Below the pieces are notes generated by a model that worked only from the letters and a program-made list of their open reading frames with translations, made no database searches and was not told where the DNA came from. A DNA stretch of 63,952 bases, the filler included, from Choristocarpus tenellus KU-1152 (taxonomy: Eukaryota > Protista > Phaeophyceae): the NCBI GenBank assembly GCA_964200185.2. It is 13 parts of 13 records of this genome, joined end to end, with 100 filler letters (N's around TTAATTAATTAA, not from the genome) between each part and the next. Parts side by side here need not be neighbours in the genome. Positions count along the whole stretch, not along the records: positions 58,749 to 63,952 come from CAXNAD020011515.1; 12 more parts are not named here. One strand, written 5' to 3'. Every line of letters starts with the position of its first letter. The stretch's first letter is position 1. Made by a program: the position numbers and the translations under genes. This document shows positions 62,719-63,952 of this stretch, in pieces.

Positions 62719-63952
62719 AATGAGCCCTATTTTTTCTCTTTGTGTTGTTAAACTGCTGCCTGTGCACATACTTGCCGCTTACACCAGTGAAAGGGTGGGT
62801 AGGGATACATAAGCTTATCATTTGTCACATCTGGACAAGTAGGTTTGGCGACATCTCTACACACTCCTTACAGAAATGTGACTCACCCTTCGATTATGCG
62901 TAAATAAACTACATTGGGATCATACTGTACTGGGCATGGTACGTATATATTGCATGCTGGACACTGACTAGTTGAGTATATATCTTGCTATTCTGCCCTC
63001 TAACATTTTGTAGACGTGTTAGAGTGGGGGGGGGAAGAACCAAAACCGTGACAAGAACTGCTGTGGATTGCCATAGTTGTCGTTGATTACTATTTGAAAA
63101 CCAACATCACAACAATAACCTTGGAAATACTCTACTAACAACCAATGACTAATGTGCACATTGGTGTGATCATATTTGTGCTATTTACCTTGGGAGGTAA
63201 TGCTATTTATCAATAGTGAAGACAAGAGGGTGTGAAGCCTCACACGATCCCCTTTGCTGAATGTGGAAAGAATGGATAGAATTAGAAGAGTGACCTTTGT
63301 GGAGTGTCTTCTAATTGCTTGTTTATTGTTATTGGTCTCATACGTAAGTCAATGGTTATGTCAGAGAATTCTAAATGCAATACCAAACTCCATACATAAT
63401 CCAGATATACTATTTCATTAGTTACATCACATGGACTCAATTCAATGCGATAATCTCACATACACAAAATAAGGTACACCTCACTATTGTCCTATTTTAC
63501 ACACTCCCCCATGAGAGTGCAGGCAATGAAATGGTTGCTGGAACTCTCAAACCTAAAACGTCTTATTCTGCACATTCCCCTATGAGAGTGGAAGTAAAAA
63601 AAAAATGGTTAAACTCTCACACACATCACATTTATCCTGTCAATGCAGTAAAAGAACGCAGATTGCTTCAACTCTAACACACGGCATTCATCTAGTCAAC
63701 ACAGTGTTTACACAGTCTTCTACCTGCTTCTTACGTAATATTTTGGTCAAGATGTCTGCAAGTTGTAGTATTGTGGGTATATACTTTACACTAAAAAATC
63801 CTTCGTTGACATACTCCCTGGTGTATTTCAGCTTGATATCAACATACCTTATTCTTCCATTGAAGCCTTCAGTTATTGCTGCTTGGATCGCACCTCAATT
63901 GTCCCCATAACAAGTCGTGGCCCCTTGGGGTATACTTGGCTCCCGCAGGGTG

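Overview
Eukaryotic nuclear DNA, not one continuous locus. The window holds 13 short contigs (about 3-9 kb) joined by twelve artificial 100-nt linkers (44 N + TTAATTAATTAA + 44 N). Long GT-AG introns, intronic (TTAGGG)n tracts, plant/stramenopile-type mariners and the gamma-COP sequence suggest a stramenopile, plausibly a brown alga (inference). Host genes are all partial and spliced: a SANT+PHD chromatin protein, coatomer gamma (COPG), a large V/P/S/G/E repeat protein built from duplicated exon cassettes, a histidine acid phosphatase, and tRNA-Met(CAT). One AT-rich exon resembles the KR-linker/enoyl-reductase junction of a type I polyketide synthase. Most other DNA is decayed mobile elements: Ty3/Gypsy and Copia relics, two mariner families, and at least four ~180-280 bp MITE families sharing GAGTCAAAG/GGGTCAAAG-type termini with 3-4 bp target duplications. 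One MITE family inserts into its own central hairpin, and another accounts for most contig breaks. No fully demonstrated novel system is visible. The best candidates are the MITE clan, the PKS-like exon, the repeat protein and the extended tRNA-Ser copy.
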